A stretch of DNA of 64,000 bases from Eutreptiella sp. 'Long Island Sound 2002' (GCA_964036045.1 OZ038378.1:200260001-200324000), one strand, 5' to 3'. Counted from the stretch's first letter, positions 37,815 to 50,760 are shown. Numbers and translations are program-made. The notes: generated by a model from the sequence alone, not told the origin.

Positions 37815-38570
37815 CAATGTTAGTGGGCAAGGTAGCTACATAGGCCCTGCCGCCTTGGGGGTCCCCTCCGCTTCAGAGCGGGGGACAAAATCAGAAGTGG
37901 CCAACAAGTGGGCAATGTGGCTACATAACCCCTGCCGCCTAGGGGGTCCCCTCCGCTTCAGAGCGGGGGACAAAATCAGAAGTGGCCAACAAGTGGGCAA
38001 GGTGGCTACATAACCCCTGCCGCCTTGGGGGTCCCCACCGCTTCAGAGCGGGGGACAAAATCAGAAGTGGCCCACAAGTGGGCAAGGTGGCTACATAACC
38101 CCTGCCGCCTAGGGGGTCCCCTCCGCTTCAGAGCGGGGGACAAAATCAGAAGTGGCCCACAAGTGGGCAAGGTGGCTACATAACCCCTGCCGCCTTGGGG
38201 GTCCCCACCGCTTCAGAGCGGGGGACAAAATCAGAAGTGGCCCACAAGTGGGCAAGGTGGTTACATAACCCCCGCCGCCTAGCGGGTCCTCACCGCTTCA
38301 GAGGAGGGGACAAAATCAGAAGTGGTCCACAAGTGGGCAAGGTGGCTACATAACCCCTGCCGCCTGGGGGATCCCCACCGCTTCACACCGGGGGACAAAA
38401 TCAGAGGTGGCCCACAAGTGGGTAAGGTGGCTACATAACCCCCGCCGCCTGGGGGGTCCTCACCGCTTCAGAGCAGGGGACAAAATCAGAAGTGGCCCAC
38501 AAGTGGGCAAGGTGGCTACATAACCCTTGCCGCCTCGGGGGTCCCCACCGCTTCAAAGCGGGGGACCTTA
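37815..38570 (+). repeat. 85-bp tandem satellite, ~9 copies (family C)
   Basis: Unit agtggcccacaagtgggcaaggtggctacataacccctgccgccttgggggtccccaccgcttcagagcgggggacaaaatcaga; highly homogeneous. Confidence 0.95.
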
Positions 38571-39589
38571 ACAAAAAAAGATCTCGTCCCTTAACGACCG
38601 CCCTGGCTAACGCTCAAGCAGGCTCCCATCAGCCAACGTCCGACCCGGAGGCCGGGTTGGGGTCAAATTCCTTTTTTGTGCTTTTCAGCCATTTTCGAAT
38701 TCTCTAGAAATTCTGAGTATTTTGAGTACAGACACATAGGGTCAAACAAAAAAAATTTCCCCCTTCCGTATGCGTAAAACAAAATATCTGGCGCCGACAA
38801 AGCACATTGTTCCGTGGGACAATTTTGGGGACCGTAGAGCCCCCCCCCTCCCCCCTTTGGGCAGTGCTCCTCATCGTCGCGCCGCCGGCGGCTTTATATT
38901 GGGCCCTTGCCCTGCTTGCCCAGGCTGGTGTACCTCCCCTGTGGGCTGGCGTAGCCTTGCTCACGGCTGTGCCCCTAGGAGACAGCACCCTGGCGCTGCC
39001 CCGGCTCATGACTCCGTATGTCTGTGGCACGTTGTGGGTGTACACCACAGCAGGTGTGTCCCATCGGTGGGCCCTCGCGCCCACCGCCGCGACTCAGTGA
39101 CGAGCCGCCGAAACTCCGTGACGTCCCCGTGTTGTGCCAGTGTAGGGCTGGCAGAGGTAAGTCAGAGCCCCCCCCCCCCCAGGGCCCAGTGCAAGGGGTT
39201 GAGCCCAGCCCAGGGACCCCCCCCCCCCGCGTGACTGACAGGTCCGGGGCCGGGCCAGGCGCGGCACTGCCGTGTGACCCGACGTGCCTCGCAGCCCAGC
39301 CAGTCCACGCCCCACACCCACCGGTAGCGCGCGTGTCCCATACACACAGGTACTGCGGCATCTCCCTCCCGCGTGTGCCACCGCGGGGTACGGGGGTGGT
39401 CATCAGTCCGGTAGGCCTTGAGACCGGACAACCGAGCACCCACCGGACCAGTTGTGACGCGCAGGGAAGGGCGACGTCCATGGTCCCGGAGGTCCGGATG
39501 AGGCCTTGACCCAACCCAACCCAACCCCCCCCTTTGGGGTCGGGTCCCGACCAGGATCGGCCCCCATCCCCCTGCCTTGTTGGGACCCC

Positions 39590-42500
39590 AAAAGAAGGTG
39601 GAAATGCTACCTCATCACTGCATTCTCGGGGGTCCCAAAACAAAAGGGGGCAAAATGGGAATGCGCTACCTCAGCCCTCCTTCTCGGGGGCCCAAAAGAG
39701 GGCGGAAATGCTACGTCATCCCTGCATTCTCGGGGATACCCAAACAAAGTGGAAGAAATCAGAAGTGGTTGCCTCACGCCTGCCTTTTCGGGGGGCCAAA
39801 AGAGGGCGAAAATGCTACGTCACCCCTGCATTCTCGGGGGTCCCCGAACAAAGGGGAACAAAATCAGAGGTGGCTACTTCACCCCTGCCCTCTGAGGGGG
39901 CCAAAAGAGGGCGGGAATGCCACGTCACCCCTGCATTCTCGGGGGTTCCCCAACAAAAGGGGAAAAAATCAGAATGGGTTGCCTCACCGCTGCCTTCTCG
40001 GGCTCCCAAAAAAGGGCGGAAATGCTACGTCACCCCGGCGTTCTTGCGGGTCCCAAACGAAGGAGGGGAAGTTAGAATAAGCTACCCCACCCCTCCCTTC
40101 TCGGGTGCCAAAAGAGGGCAGAAATGCTACGTCACCCCTGCATTCTCGGGGGGGCCAAAAAGGGCGGAAAGGCCACATCACCCCTGCATTCTCGGGTGTT
40201 CCCAAACAAAAGCAGACAAAATCAGAATGTGTTGCCTCACCCCTGCCTTCTCGGGGTCCCAAAAGAGGGCGGAAATGCTATGCCACCCGTGCGTTCTTGC
40301 GGGTTCCCAAACAAAGGGGGGGGGAAATCAGAATAAGCTACCTCACCATTCCCTTCTCGGAGGCCCAAAAAGGGGCGTAAATGCGATGTCACCCCTGCAT
40401 TCTCAGGGGTCCCCAAACAAACGGGCACAAAATCAGAATTTGCTGCCTCAACCTTGCCTTCTCGGGGGCCCAAAACACGACGGAAATGCAACTTCACCCA
40501 TGCATTATCAAGGGTCCCCAAACGAAGGGGGACAAAATCAGAATGGGCTGCCTCACCCTTGCCTTCTTAGGGGCCCAAAAGAAGGTGGAAATGCTATGTC
40601 ACCCTGCATTCTCGCGGGTCCCCAAACAAAGGAAGCCAAAATCAAAATTGGCTGCCTCGCCCCTGCCTTCTCGGGTGTCCAAAAGCGGGGGGAAATGCTA
40701 TGTCAACCCCGCAATCTTGGAGGTCCCCAAACAAAGGGGGACAAAATCAGAATGGGCTACTTCAATCCTGCGCTCTCGCGGGCCCAAAAGAGGGCGGAAA
40801 GGCTGCGTCACCCCTACATTCTCAGGGATCCCCAAACAAACGGGCACAAAATTAGAAGTGGCTACCTCACCCGTGCCCTCTCGCGGGGCCAAAAGATGGC
40901 GGAAATGCTCAATCGTCCCCGTATTCTCGCAGGTCCCCGAACAAGGCGGGATAAAATCAGAATGGGCTGCCTCACCCCTGCCTTCTCCGTGGCCCAAAAG
41001 AGGGCGGAAGTGCCACGCCACCCCTACATTCTCGGGGATCTCCAAACAAAGGGGGACAAAATCAGAATGGGTTGGCTCAGCCCTCCTTCTCGGGTGCCCA
41101 AAAAAGGGCGGATATGGTATGTAACCCCTGCTTTCTCGGGGGCCCAGAAGAGTGCGGAAATGCTACGTCAACCCTGCATTCTCGTGGGTCGTGAAACATA
41201 GGAGGACAAAATCAGAATGAGCTGCCTCACCACTGCCTTCTCGGGGGCCCAAAAGAAGGTGGAAATGCTACCGACTACGGTACATCACCCCTGTATTCTC
41301 GGGGGTCCCCAAACGGAGGGCGACAAAATCAGCATTGGCTGCCTCACGCCTATCCTCTCGCGGGACCGAAATAGGGCGGAAGTGCTATGTCACCCCTGCA
41401 TTCTCGGTGGTCCGCAAACAAAGGGGAACAAAACCAGAATGGGCTCCCTCACCCCTGCCTTCTTGGGGGACCAAAAGAGGGTGGAAATGCTACCTCACCC
41501 TTGTAATCTCAGGTGTCCTCAAACAACAGGGGACAAAATCAGAGTTGGCTGCCTCACCCATGCCCTCTCGCGGGGCCAAAAGAGGGTGGAAATGCTACCT
41601 CACCCCTGCATTCTCGGGTGTCCCCAAACAACGGGGGACAAAATTAGAATGGGTTGCCTCACCCCTGCCTTCTCGGTGGCCCAAAAGAGGGCGGAAATGC
41701 CACGCCACCCCTCCATTCTCGGGGATCCCGAAACAAAGAGGGACAAAATCAGAATGGGCTGCCTCACCCATCCTTCTCGGCGGCCCAAAAGAGGTCGGAA
41801 ATGCTATGGCACCCCTATTTTCTTGGGGGCCCAAAAGAGGGGGGATATGCTATGTCACCCCTGCTTTCTCGAGGGTGCTGAAACAAAGGGGGACAAAATC
41901 AGAATAGGTTGCCTCGCCCCTGCCTTCTCGGGGGCCCAAAAGAAGGTGGAAATGCTACCGACTATAGTACATCACCCCTGCATTCTCGGGGCTGCCTAAA
42001 CAAAGGGCGATAAAATCAGAAGTGGATGCCTCACCCTTGCCTTCTAGGGGGACCAAAAGAGGGTGGAAATGCTACGTCACCCTTGCATTCTCGGACGTCC
42101 CCAAACAAAGGGTGACAAAATCAGAAGTGGCTGCCTCACCCCTGCCCTCTCGCGGGGCCAAAAGAGGGCAGAAATGCTATGTCACCCCCGCATTCTCGGA
42201 AGTCCCCAAACAAGGGGCAAAATCAGAATGGGCTGCCTCACCCTTGCCTTCTCGGGGACCCAAGAGAGGGCAGAAATGCTATGTCACCCCTGCATTCTCG
42301 GGGGTCCCGAAAAAAAGGGGGACAAAATCAGAATGGGCTGCCTCAACCCTGCCTTCTCGGTGGCCCAAAAGAGGGCGAAAATGCCACGTCACCCCCGCAT
42401 TCTCGGGGGTCCCAAAACAAAGGGGGCAAAAATTAGAACGGGCTCCCTCACCCCTGCCCACCTTTTCAAGGGCCCAAAAGAGGGCGGAAATGCTACGTCA

Positions 42501-43160
42501 CCCTTGCTTTCTCGCGGGGCCAAAAGAGGGCGGAAATGCTACGTCACCCCTGCATTCTCGGAGGTCCCCAAACAAAGGGGGACAAAATCAGAGTGGGATG
42601 CCTCACCCCTACCTTCTCGGGGGCCCAAAAGAGGGCGGAAATGCTACCTCACCCCTGCATTCTCGGGGATCCCCAAGGACAAAATCAGAATTGGCTGCCT
42701 CACCCTTGCCTTCTCGGGGGCCCAAAAGAAGGTGGAAATGGTACGTAACCCCTGCATTCTAGGGGTCCCCAAACAAAGGGGGACAAAATCAGAGTGGGAT
42801 GCCTCACCCCTGCCTTCTCGGGGGCCCAAAAGAGGGCGGAAATGCTACGTCACCCCTGCATTCTCGGGGCTCCCCAAACAAAGGGGCACAAAATCAGAAG
42901 TGGCTACCTCACCCCTGCATTCTCGGGGATCCCCAAGGACAAAATCAGAAGTGGCTGCCTCACCCTTGCCTTCTCGGGGGCCCAAAAGAAGGTGGAAATG
43001 GTACGTAAACCCTGCATTCTAGGGGTCCCCAAACAAAGGGGCACAAAATCAGAAGTGGCTGCCTCACCCGCACTTTCTCGGGGGCCCAAAAGAGGGCGGA
43101 AATGCTACGTCACCCCTGCATTCTCGGGGATCCCCAAACAAAGGGGGACAAAATCAGAAG
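39590..43160 (+). repeat. ~105-bp tandem satellite, ~34 units (family D)
   Basis: Unit acgtcacccctgcattctcgggggtccccaaacaaagggggacaaaatcagaatgggctgcctcacccctgccttctcgggggcccaaaagagggcggaaatgct; generates the long 35-aa-periodic ORFs in the track. Confidence 0.95.
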
Positions 43161-43275
43161 CCAAAACCTATGCTAGGGGTAACAATGATGCCCCTAGTAT
43201 CTCAAAGTATGGGTCTCTAGTACAGCCAGACGCCCAAAGAGTTGCACTGTGCTGAGTGCACCCCCTTAGTGCACC
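43160..43275 (+). repeat. Terminal module (family E) capping the 105-bp array
   Basis: aacaatgatgcccctagtatc...gtatgggtctctagtac...gacgcccaaa..gttgcact; also present at ~50585-50760 (two copies) and ~56815-56935. Confidence 0.75.
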
Positions 43276-44857
43276 CCCTAAAATGTCACCGGTGCTGCAC
43301 GGGTCAAAAAATTGCCCGGCAGGCGCCCGGCTAACGCTCCCCCACTAGTTCCCCACTAGCTAGTCCCAAATGTTGCCTGAGGTTCATCACCTGTATAATG
43401 GTTCTGAGCCTGCATATTCGGTAGGGTCAGCTCTCCTGCTACGCTCCCTTGCAACCAAGGTCATTCTTCGGGCCAGACTCATCACATTCCCTTTATCACA
43501 GGTCACCCTCGTTTACCTTGGTCCCACTCAGGCCCTACCTACACGGGGTCCCGGTGCTCAGATAAGGCTGTCCTTGGGGGCGACTCGTAGTACAAAAAGA
43601 GGGTATGCAGCAAAAACCTGTTGATACCTCAGCGCAACCAGAATTGTCACATCAGGGCACCACAACGCAACGTGCAGGCCTAACTCAGCACCTTATGTAA
43701 GTACATTTGACCTCATAGTACTGCACCACGACGCGACACACTCGTGTGAGGAGGTACGGTGGCTCCAAAAGCTATCTTGGCAGGGCCATGGATGCGCCTT
43801 TTCAATCGTCCTCTGCGTCTGTGCCTGACTTGTCCAAAGTCCATGGCATGCAGGGCATCACACCATACTCATTTACACAATAACCTGGACCACCGCCCAC
43901 ATGCCAGAGGCACGTTGTGCCCTGTAGAAGTGACGAGACGTTCAGTGCTTAAAAACAGAGATCGTGCACCTGACAGAATATATCCACACACCCCATTCTG
44001 CACATGATGGAGCAAACACCTCACCTTCCATATGCTGACTGCGATGCGACAGATGAATGCTGTCAAACCACAGATGCCCAAACAAGATGTGGATTTGCGT
44101 GGCTAGGCGGCTGTGGTGCATCAGTTGGGATTGCAAGCGAAACGCCGCTCCATTTGATACAATCGAACCGACTCTGTTGGACCAATGGACTTTAATATGG
44201 ACTGCATTTCACCCCATAAAAAGCATGACCTAGAAGCTGCAAACCAAGTTTCATCCATTATTCAAAGGGCCGGATCTGCAAACTCCCGTTCAGTCTGAAC
44301 TCGCATTACCAGGACTTTGCATTGCAAATTGCCTGCAATTTACAACACTGACCTCTTTACCAACCTTTTGTGTACAAGCATGTTTCTGAGTGATGTAGGC
44401 AGCGTCATGAAGCAAGCTGCCAGCTGCCACAGAATGTGAACCAAATTATAACCAAATCATCACAAGTCATGCATCCATGATCGGCGATTGACTCCTTGGT
44501 GATGACCGGGACACTGATGCTGCTGCTGCCACCTGGATTCCTAGATATGCTGGTCATGATCTTGACAAGGCTGCTTGTAATATCAATTCCCACATTGCGA
44601 TTGATCATTTGCCTGAAATGTCTTATCAGACACTGGATATACGTGGTGACGCCTGAGACATCATCGATAAGCAAAAGTTTCAAAGCAACAATCTGGTTCT
44701 GCAACTGTCCCTGTCACATGCAATTTGGTGAAACGACTCGTCGAAGGAGATGGTATTTAGGGGACGAAAGACTGTATCTTCTCATGGTCTGTGCTCCGCA
44801 TGAGGGTACTGGGGCAATACACTCTGCGAGAAAGTGCTAAAACAGAGACCAGGAGGC

Positions 44858-44999
44858 CCCGGGGGGAGGGGGGGGGGGGCGACCCCTCGGTTCTGGACGC
44901 CAACTACCCCCCCCAACTAACTGTTGGCCGGAGGCCCCTTGGGGGGGGGGGGGTTATTGGCGTCCTCGGACCCGCGGAGTCGCCCCCCCCCCCCCCGGG
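44858..44999. mobile_element. 142-bp MITE with poly-G/C terminal inverted repeats
   Basis: Starts CCCGGGGGGAGGGGG..GGCGAC and ends GTCGCCCCC..CCCGGG; flanked by caggagg(c/t) on both sides (7-8-bp TSD). Confidence 0.75.
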
Positions 45000-45936
45000 C
45001 AGGAGGTGGGGCTCCACTCTGCCCCATGTTCCACACTCGTTGCTTTTGCATATCATCCCCTCAAGCCTTGACACTCGTCCCACATTCCTCCATGCCAAAT
45101 CCTGTTTGTTATAGTGCAAGGGACTATGATGACATGCATAGCCAACATTAGATCCAAACCATCTGAAAAGCGTCTTTTGCAGGAGGCGTGTCCAGGGTGA
45201 TAAGCACATACTAATGGCCATAATAATGCACGTAATGATAATACTAATGAGCACAGGCTGCAATGGTCAGGCTTGGATTGGAGACACACCCACCTAATAA
45301 ACGGGATTCACGTCCATGACGCTCCACAATTGCCCAACCACTGCTTTTAAATCTCCGCCGCAACTTCTGATGGAAGGATGAAGTTTGGCAAGAAACCCCG
45401 CGCCCTCCCCAAAAATGGTTGCAGCCCAATGGATCGTCCAAAGTGTTTCGGGGCCATGGCTTTGGTCTCAGATGGCCTTTGGGGCGGCGTTGCTGGGTGC
45501 TACTTGCGGTTTACAGCCACTGCCCGGGGGTATGCCCCCTCCATTCGGTGTTTGGTTGCCTGCCCGATCCCCAAACTGACGGGGCGAAGCGCACCTGGAC
45601 CCAACAATGGAATCACCGAGCCAACACCGCAGCGACAGGCTTCAAAGCAAAATCTATGGCCTGTCAAACCGCGAAGCTGTGCGCATTGCGTTTGGCAGTG
45701 GCGCGCCCTCTTCTGCGCAAGCTGCACTGGGGAAGGGGATCGCGTTCGCAAATCACAGGCGGTATCCCCCATGCAGTGCCATGTGCAGTCCGTCCCCTAT
45801 GATAGGCGTACTGGCCGGGGTAATGCACCTGGGAGCTGTATTCTCGCACCGGGCAATAGGGCGGCTCGCCCCCGCCGCCCCCCTTCTGACTCATGGCAGG
45901 GGGGTGATGGTTGGGTTGCCAGGACCGCGCTTCGGC

Positions 45937-46953
45937 TTACAATTCCTCCGCCGGCCGGGTCTTCTCCTGCCTCTCTGCCACCATCTGGTCCCGATAGCCC
46001 CAGTCGGGGCCCTTGTAGTCCGTGGCCGCCCTCACGGAGGGATCAAAAGTTTCCTCGGAGACGAGACAGAGCTCGTACCCCTCCGGGTCCCGAATGATGA
46101 CCAGCACCAGAAGCCCCAAGTGCTCCTGCAGCTCCAGCAGCCCGTGCACGATCAGCCCCGGCGACTCGAAGAGCAAACGAGCGTTCACCGCCCGTACACG
46201 CGCCTCTGGCAGGGCCAGGGCGCTGCGCCCCTCCCACTGCGTGATCCTGGGCGCGGGCTCCGTCTCGGCGGCGGGCTCGAACACGAACCGCACCGGCACG
46301 TGAGGCTTGCCAAGTGCAGCCGCTGGGGAAATCACGACCACGGAGCCCGGCGGGTATGAGACGGCCTCGCCCAGGCCCGACGACCGCATCCCGAGCACGT
46401 CCGTATACCAGCGCCCCAACGCCGCCGGGTCCCTCGCCTTCAGGACGACGTCAAGGAACGGCTCCACGCGCCCCTCGAAGCCGCTGTGCAGCTCGTACTT
46501 GTAGCCGTCGGGCCCAGTGATGAGCGCCGGGCCGTTGCACAGGGCGCCCGGCGCGCGCCCCGCATCGCGGCAGGCGCCGGCGTAGCCGAGCGCCTTGGCT
46601 CGGCGGAGCGCGGCGTCGACGTGTGGCACCCGAAGCGCAAAGCTCTGGAGGCCGGTGCCCCTCTCGTAGTGGCTCACGCCGTAATTGTACGTGAGCTCCA
46701 GGGTGTAGCTCGTGTCCTCGGGCGCGTAGCCCACCATCGTCTTCGACCAGGGCGTGTCAAAGCGACCGTTGCACGTGATTGGGCAGGCACTGTCGTGTTC
46801 CTCGTGCCGCAGCACCTTCATGCCCATCACCTCCTGGGCAAAGCGCAGTGTGGCGCGCAGGTCCGAGACACGGATCACCCAGTGCAACGGCCGCTGTGCG
46901 GGCGTCAGGCCAAAGCAGATGTACAACGCGAGGACGCGCAGCATCGTCGACAT
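45937..46953 (-). CDS. Glyoxalase-domain protein (GLOD4-like, two VOC domains), 338 aa, with N-terminal signal peptide and C-terminal AEEL
   Basis: LHWVIRV...VMGMKVLRHEE...C...CNG....WSKTMVGY..ED....LELTYNYGV..Y..G is the GLOD4-type signature; the second domain ends DPEGYELCLV..E.F; hydrophobic MLRVLALYICFGLTPA leader. Confidence 0.9.
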   Translation of the reverse strand: MSTMLRVLALYICFGLTPAQRPLHWVIRVSDLRATLRFAQEVMGMKVLRHEEHDSACPITCNGRFDTPWSKTMVGYAPEDTSYTLELTYNYGVSHYERGTGLQSFALRVPHVDAALRRAKALGYAGACRDAGRAPGALCNGPALITGPDGYKYELHSGFEGRVEPFLDVVLKARDPAALGRWYTDVLGMRSSGLGEAVSYPPGSVVVISPAAALGKPHVPVRFVFEPAAETEPAPRITQWEGRSALALPEARVRAVNARLLFESPGLIVHGLLELQEHLGLLVLVIIRDPEGYELCLVSEETFDPSVRAATDYKGPDWGYRDQMVAERQEKTRPAEEL

Positions 46954-48321
46954 TCGTGGCAGCTCCAAGACCCCACGGCCCTCGGGATCGGTCAATGTCG
47001 ATGAGGACGCACACACTGCGGCGAGACGGGGGGCATCCCAACGGGCTCAAGGCAATGTCAATATCATGTTCTGAATCCAGAACCGTGGACCCGTATTCAG
47101 ACCACAAAGACAAAGGTGAATAAAGGGGGAGTCCGTCTGACTCCTCTTGTTTTCTCATGCCTTTCCCTTTCCACATGCCACCAGGCAGATACTGCCTGAG
47201 CCCAGAATCTTGTTTCTATAGCTACTCAAGCACAGTGCATGTTCATCCTCAGTGTGTTGCACTCCCTGTGGAGTGTGTGTTTGCGCGAATCGCACGTCCT
47301 AGAAATTGTCACACGCAGCAAAGGCCAGAGTAATTTACAATCGTGCGTGGTGGGCTCGTGCTGTGAGAATTTCCAAGACTCCGCTGTTTGTTTGCTTGCG
47401 TGTGCTGCCTGTTCGCTGTGCAGTGATTGGTGCCATTGGTAGAGTGGGAATACGAAAGTACATCATGGCACATGCTCCCTCCATGCTCAGGTCGGCTGGT
47501 GAAACAGCCCCAAGCTCCGGACTGGGCCAGACCTGTGGAGATTTGATGGGGGACGTAGTGGATTGGGGGCTTGGGAACCGGCGAGCAGGTAGGGCTGGGT
47601 CAACGGCACAGTGTCAAGGGGTGGTCAGTGATATGAAGCAGCAGGTGACCGGACATTGCACTCCTTTGTGACAAAACACGCTCGACTGTCAATCGAGGCT
47701 GAGATCACATGACCCCCACCTCCAAGACGGAGTTCACGCACCGCGCGCGCACCACGTCCGGTATTTGCACAACTTCTCCAGGAAATGGTGTACCTTTGAA
47801 GCCCTTGTAAATACTGTCCCTTGGTGGAAGTTGCTGGGGGGAAGTTATGGCAGGGTGTGAGGGCCCCCTTGGGTGAGCTCACATGCAACCAGTGCAGCAA
47901 CAGGCTGGAAGATGACAAATTATTGCACACCAATCCCAATTTTGCATGTGGCTACACTGCCAAAGTTCCTTCCGCAGTGGCAAGTACAGTTTTGGGCAAA
48001 AGCATAGGCGCCAACGGCACGTAGCTTCTAAATTAGTTGAAATGGTCTACGCAACAACCCCAGTATACGCAGCACGTGCACCGCACGCGCACCGCGTCTG
48101 ATCCCCCCCCCAGACGCACAGGGCTGACGTCCCTCCTTGAATCCTACAATTGCAGCAACATTTTGCAAATATCAGATGCGCTGTTCGCTTGGCATGTGGT
48201 GTTGTCCCCCATTTGTTTGCCTTTTTCAGGTCTTTCAGGCTTTCTTCATGGCAATTGGCCATATGTGCCACAGTTTTCTTCATCGCACCGATACCCACCC
48301 ACTCCTAATGGCACTGTTGTA

Positions 48322-48684
48322 CCCCCCCCCCCCCCCCCTGTGTAAGCTACGCCAATGTACACAATTATTACAGTCCCTACGCCTACTGTAGCTTGGACAA
48401 GGGCGTGGCTTGCGCGTAACACATACAACTGCCGACACACACGTGCGCAGGCCACGTGTGCTGAAATTGGCAATTCAGGACCTATGGGATGCATCAGACT
48501 AAAAAAAAATCTTGGTGCACCAGCGGGGGGCCACATGTGCTGAAATTGGCAAATGTGACGACACACCCATGTCTTATGTGGTCACACTACATTTCGTACG
48601 TAATCAAATTACGTACAAAATTATTACGGTCCCTACGCCTACTGTAGCTTGGACAGGGGCGTAGCTTATACAACGGGGGGGGGG
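48322..48684. mobile_element. ~360-bp Tc1/mariner-type MITE
   Basis: TIRs C(n)tgtgtaagctacgcc and ggcgtagcttatacaacG(n), flanked by TA on both sides; internal direct repeats (aattattac.gtccctacgcctactgtagcttggaca x2). Confidence 0.75.
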
Positions 48685-50399
48685 TACGCGATGAATTGTG
48701 GTGTATGGAGGGTGCAATCTCTTCTCTGAACTTTGGTCGAGCATTTGCTGGGTATTTGTTGCGCCACCTCACCCACGCCGGCGAATTTGCCCGGGCACCT
48801 TGCCCGGGACCAACACCGGTCTGATATTTCCGCTCGCAATGTTGGAAAGCGTTCAGGCCACGCACTTTGCTGGCCCGAACGCCGGGGATTTATCCGGACA
48901 CCTGACCAGGCGAGTCAAGGCAGATTTGTCCGGGCACTGTGGCAATGCCCCCTGCCGGCGCCCCTCCAATTTGTCTGGGCACCTTGGTGGTCCAACACCT
49001 CATTTGCTTGGCGTTATAGGTGTTTGCCTTGCCTGGCGTGCCACTGATCATGCCTACCCAAATCTCGTGCCAGGTCCCAATATTTCAGCCCATGTGGCAA
49101 CCTAACCTTGGGGCATGAAGCCGCACATATGCCACGATATATGGCTACCACGTGTGACCATGCCATGCCTCCAGCACGAGTGGCACGGCAGGTCTTGGAA
49201 AGCAGGTATCTCTCTCACATGATACACTGGATCCTTGAAGGAGATCAGAGCATAAGGGCATCGACCCATAGCTCATGCAATGCTTCATGATACTCTCTGG
49301 TGCGGTAGGCGACTGCCACACCACAGACTGCCATCGCCCTCATCATCCCCCTCTTCCCCATCCTCCTGCCAAGTGCCTCCTTTTGAATCCTGAAGAAGAG
49401 GAACCCGACATCTTCCAAAACTCCTTCTTTCCCCTCTTCCCCTTTCAGCCCCTCTTCTTTCCCGCCCCTGCCTCCTGGATGTAGTGCTCATCCGCCACCA
49501 AACCCTCATCTGTGGCCTCTATCACCACCACCTTCCCCACCTCCTCCTCCTACCAAGGGACCTTGGAAGGGGGGGGGGGGGGCACATTGTTGTAGAGGTC
49601 GGCACCTAGGCCTACTTAACTCCTACCTTCTGAAGCTCCCCATAGTGGGGATTTTCTACCCTTGTGGAATTTATAGAATCTGTGAATTTTCACTCCCGTT
49701 GTGGAGTAGCAGTGGAGGCAACTATAGCTCTTTCGGTCTGGCCACCAACTAGACTACAAGTGCGTGGCCAAATGGCTAAATCTCCCCACCTGTGCGCGCG
49801 GCTGGTGCTCCCCCCTAGAAAGGAGAACATGCAGAGAAAATGAGCAAAAAAAAAGTGTGAAAAGGGTGAAGATAGGTGAAAATGGGTGAAACTGAGTGAA
49901 AATGCAAATAACCCGTACCCCCAAGGTGGAAGACGCGACAAAACACCTGTTCACGAGGGGGCGCCCGTGCACTGTGCGCTACTTTTTAGACTAGGTTCCC
50001 CCTGAAGAGTCCCCAAGCACACCCCTTCCAAACGCCCTTATATCACCCCTGCATCACGAGCATGTCCCACTGTAGACCCTGGGAGACCTCCTTTAGTGGG
50101 GGTGGGAGGTGGTCCATCTTCCACGAATGGGGGTGGGAGGATGGACCCGGGGTGCTGGGTATGGCCGTCTAGCATAGACCCGCTACCAACCGTCTCGGGA
50201 TGACGGCACGGTACGTCTTGGCTAGCATGAAGGATCCTTGGCGTTGATCAAGCCCGTGAGGTCACCTTCGATTTTAGTACTTGGACATGATACAACACTT
50301 GGAGAGGATGCTGAATTGTCCCTTGGCCTTGATCATGATCCTGAGGTCTGACATCAGCCGTGCCTGCTCGGGGTCCCCATGATGGGGGGATACCAACAA

Positions 50400-50760
50400 G
50401 GATACATCACCCCTGCCTTCTCCGGGTCCCATGGTGTAAAGATATCAACCTAGGAAAGAGTGAATGTGGTGTAAATGAGCAAAAAAAAGTGTGAAAAAAA
50501 AGTGGAAATGGGTGAAACTAGGTGAAAATAAAAAATGCCCTATCCCCAATGTGGAAGAAGCATCAAAACCTGCTCTCAAACAAGAATGATGCCCCCCTAG
50601 TATCACGAAGTATGGGTCTCTAGTACGGCCACACGCCCAAATAGTTGCACTGCGCTAAGTGCGCCCCCGAAAACAACAATGATGCCCCTAGTATCACAAT
50701 TTATGGGTTTCTAGTTCAGCTAGAAGCCCAAATGCATCGCGCATTGCACTAAGGGCACCC
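50400..50760 (+). repeat. Family E module preceded by a half-unit of the 105-bp satellite
   Basis: atcacccctgccttctccgggtcccc...gagcaaaaaaaagtgtgaaaa...gatgcccc.tagtatc; paralogous to 56650-56935 and partly to 49820-49990. Confidence 0.7.

Noticed and set aside
37815-38570. Regular array superficially like a CRISPR
   Set aside because: Whole 85-bp units repeat with no unique spacers, there are no cas genes, and the context is eukaryotic.
39534-41201. 555-aa ORF and neighbouring long ORFs to 43255
   Set aside because: They are translations of the 105-bp satellite, open in several frames at once, with no domain signature.
44400-44620. WIPRYAGHDLDKAA resembling an RNase H C-terminus
   Set aside because: Upstream catalytic motifs are missing or mis-spaced; at most a highly eroded LINE scrap
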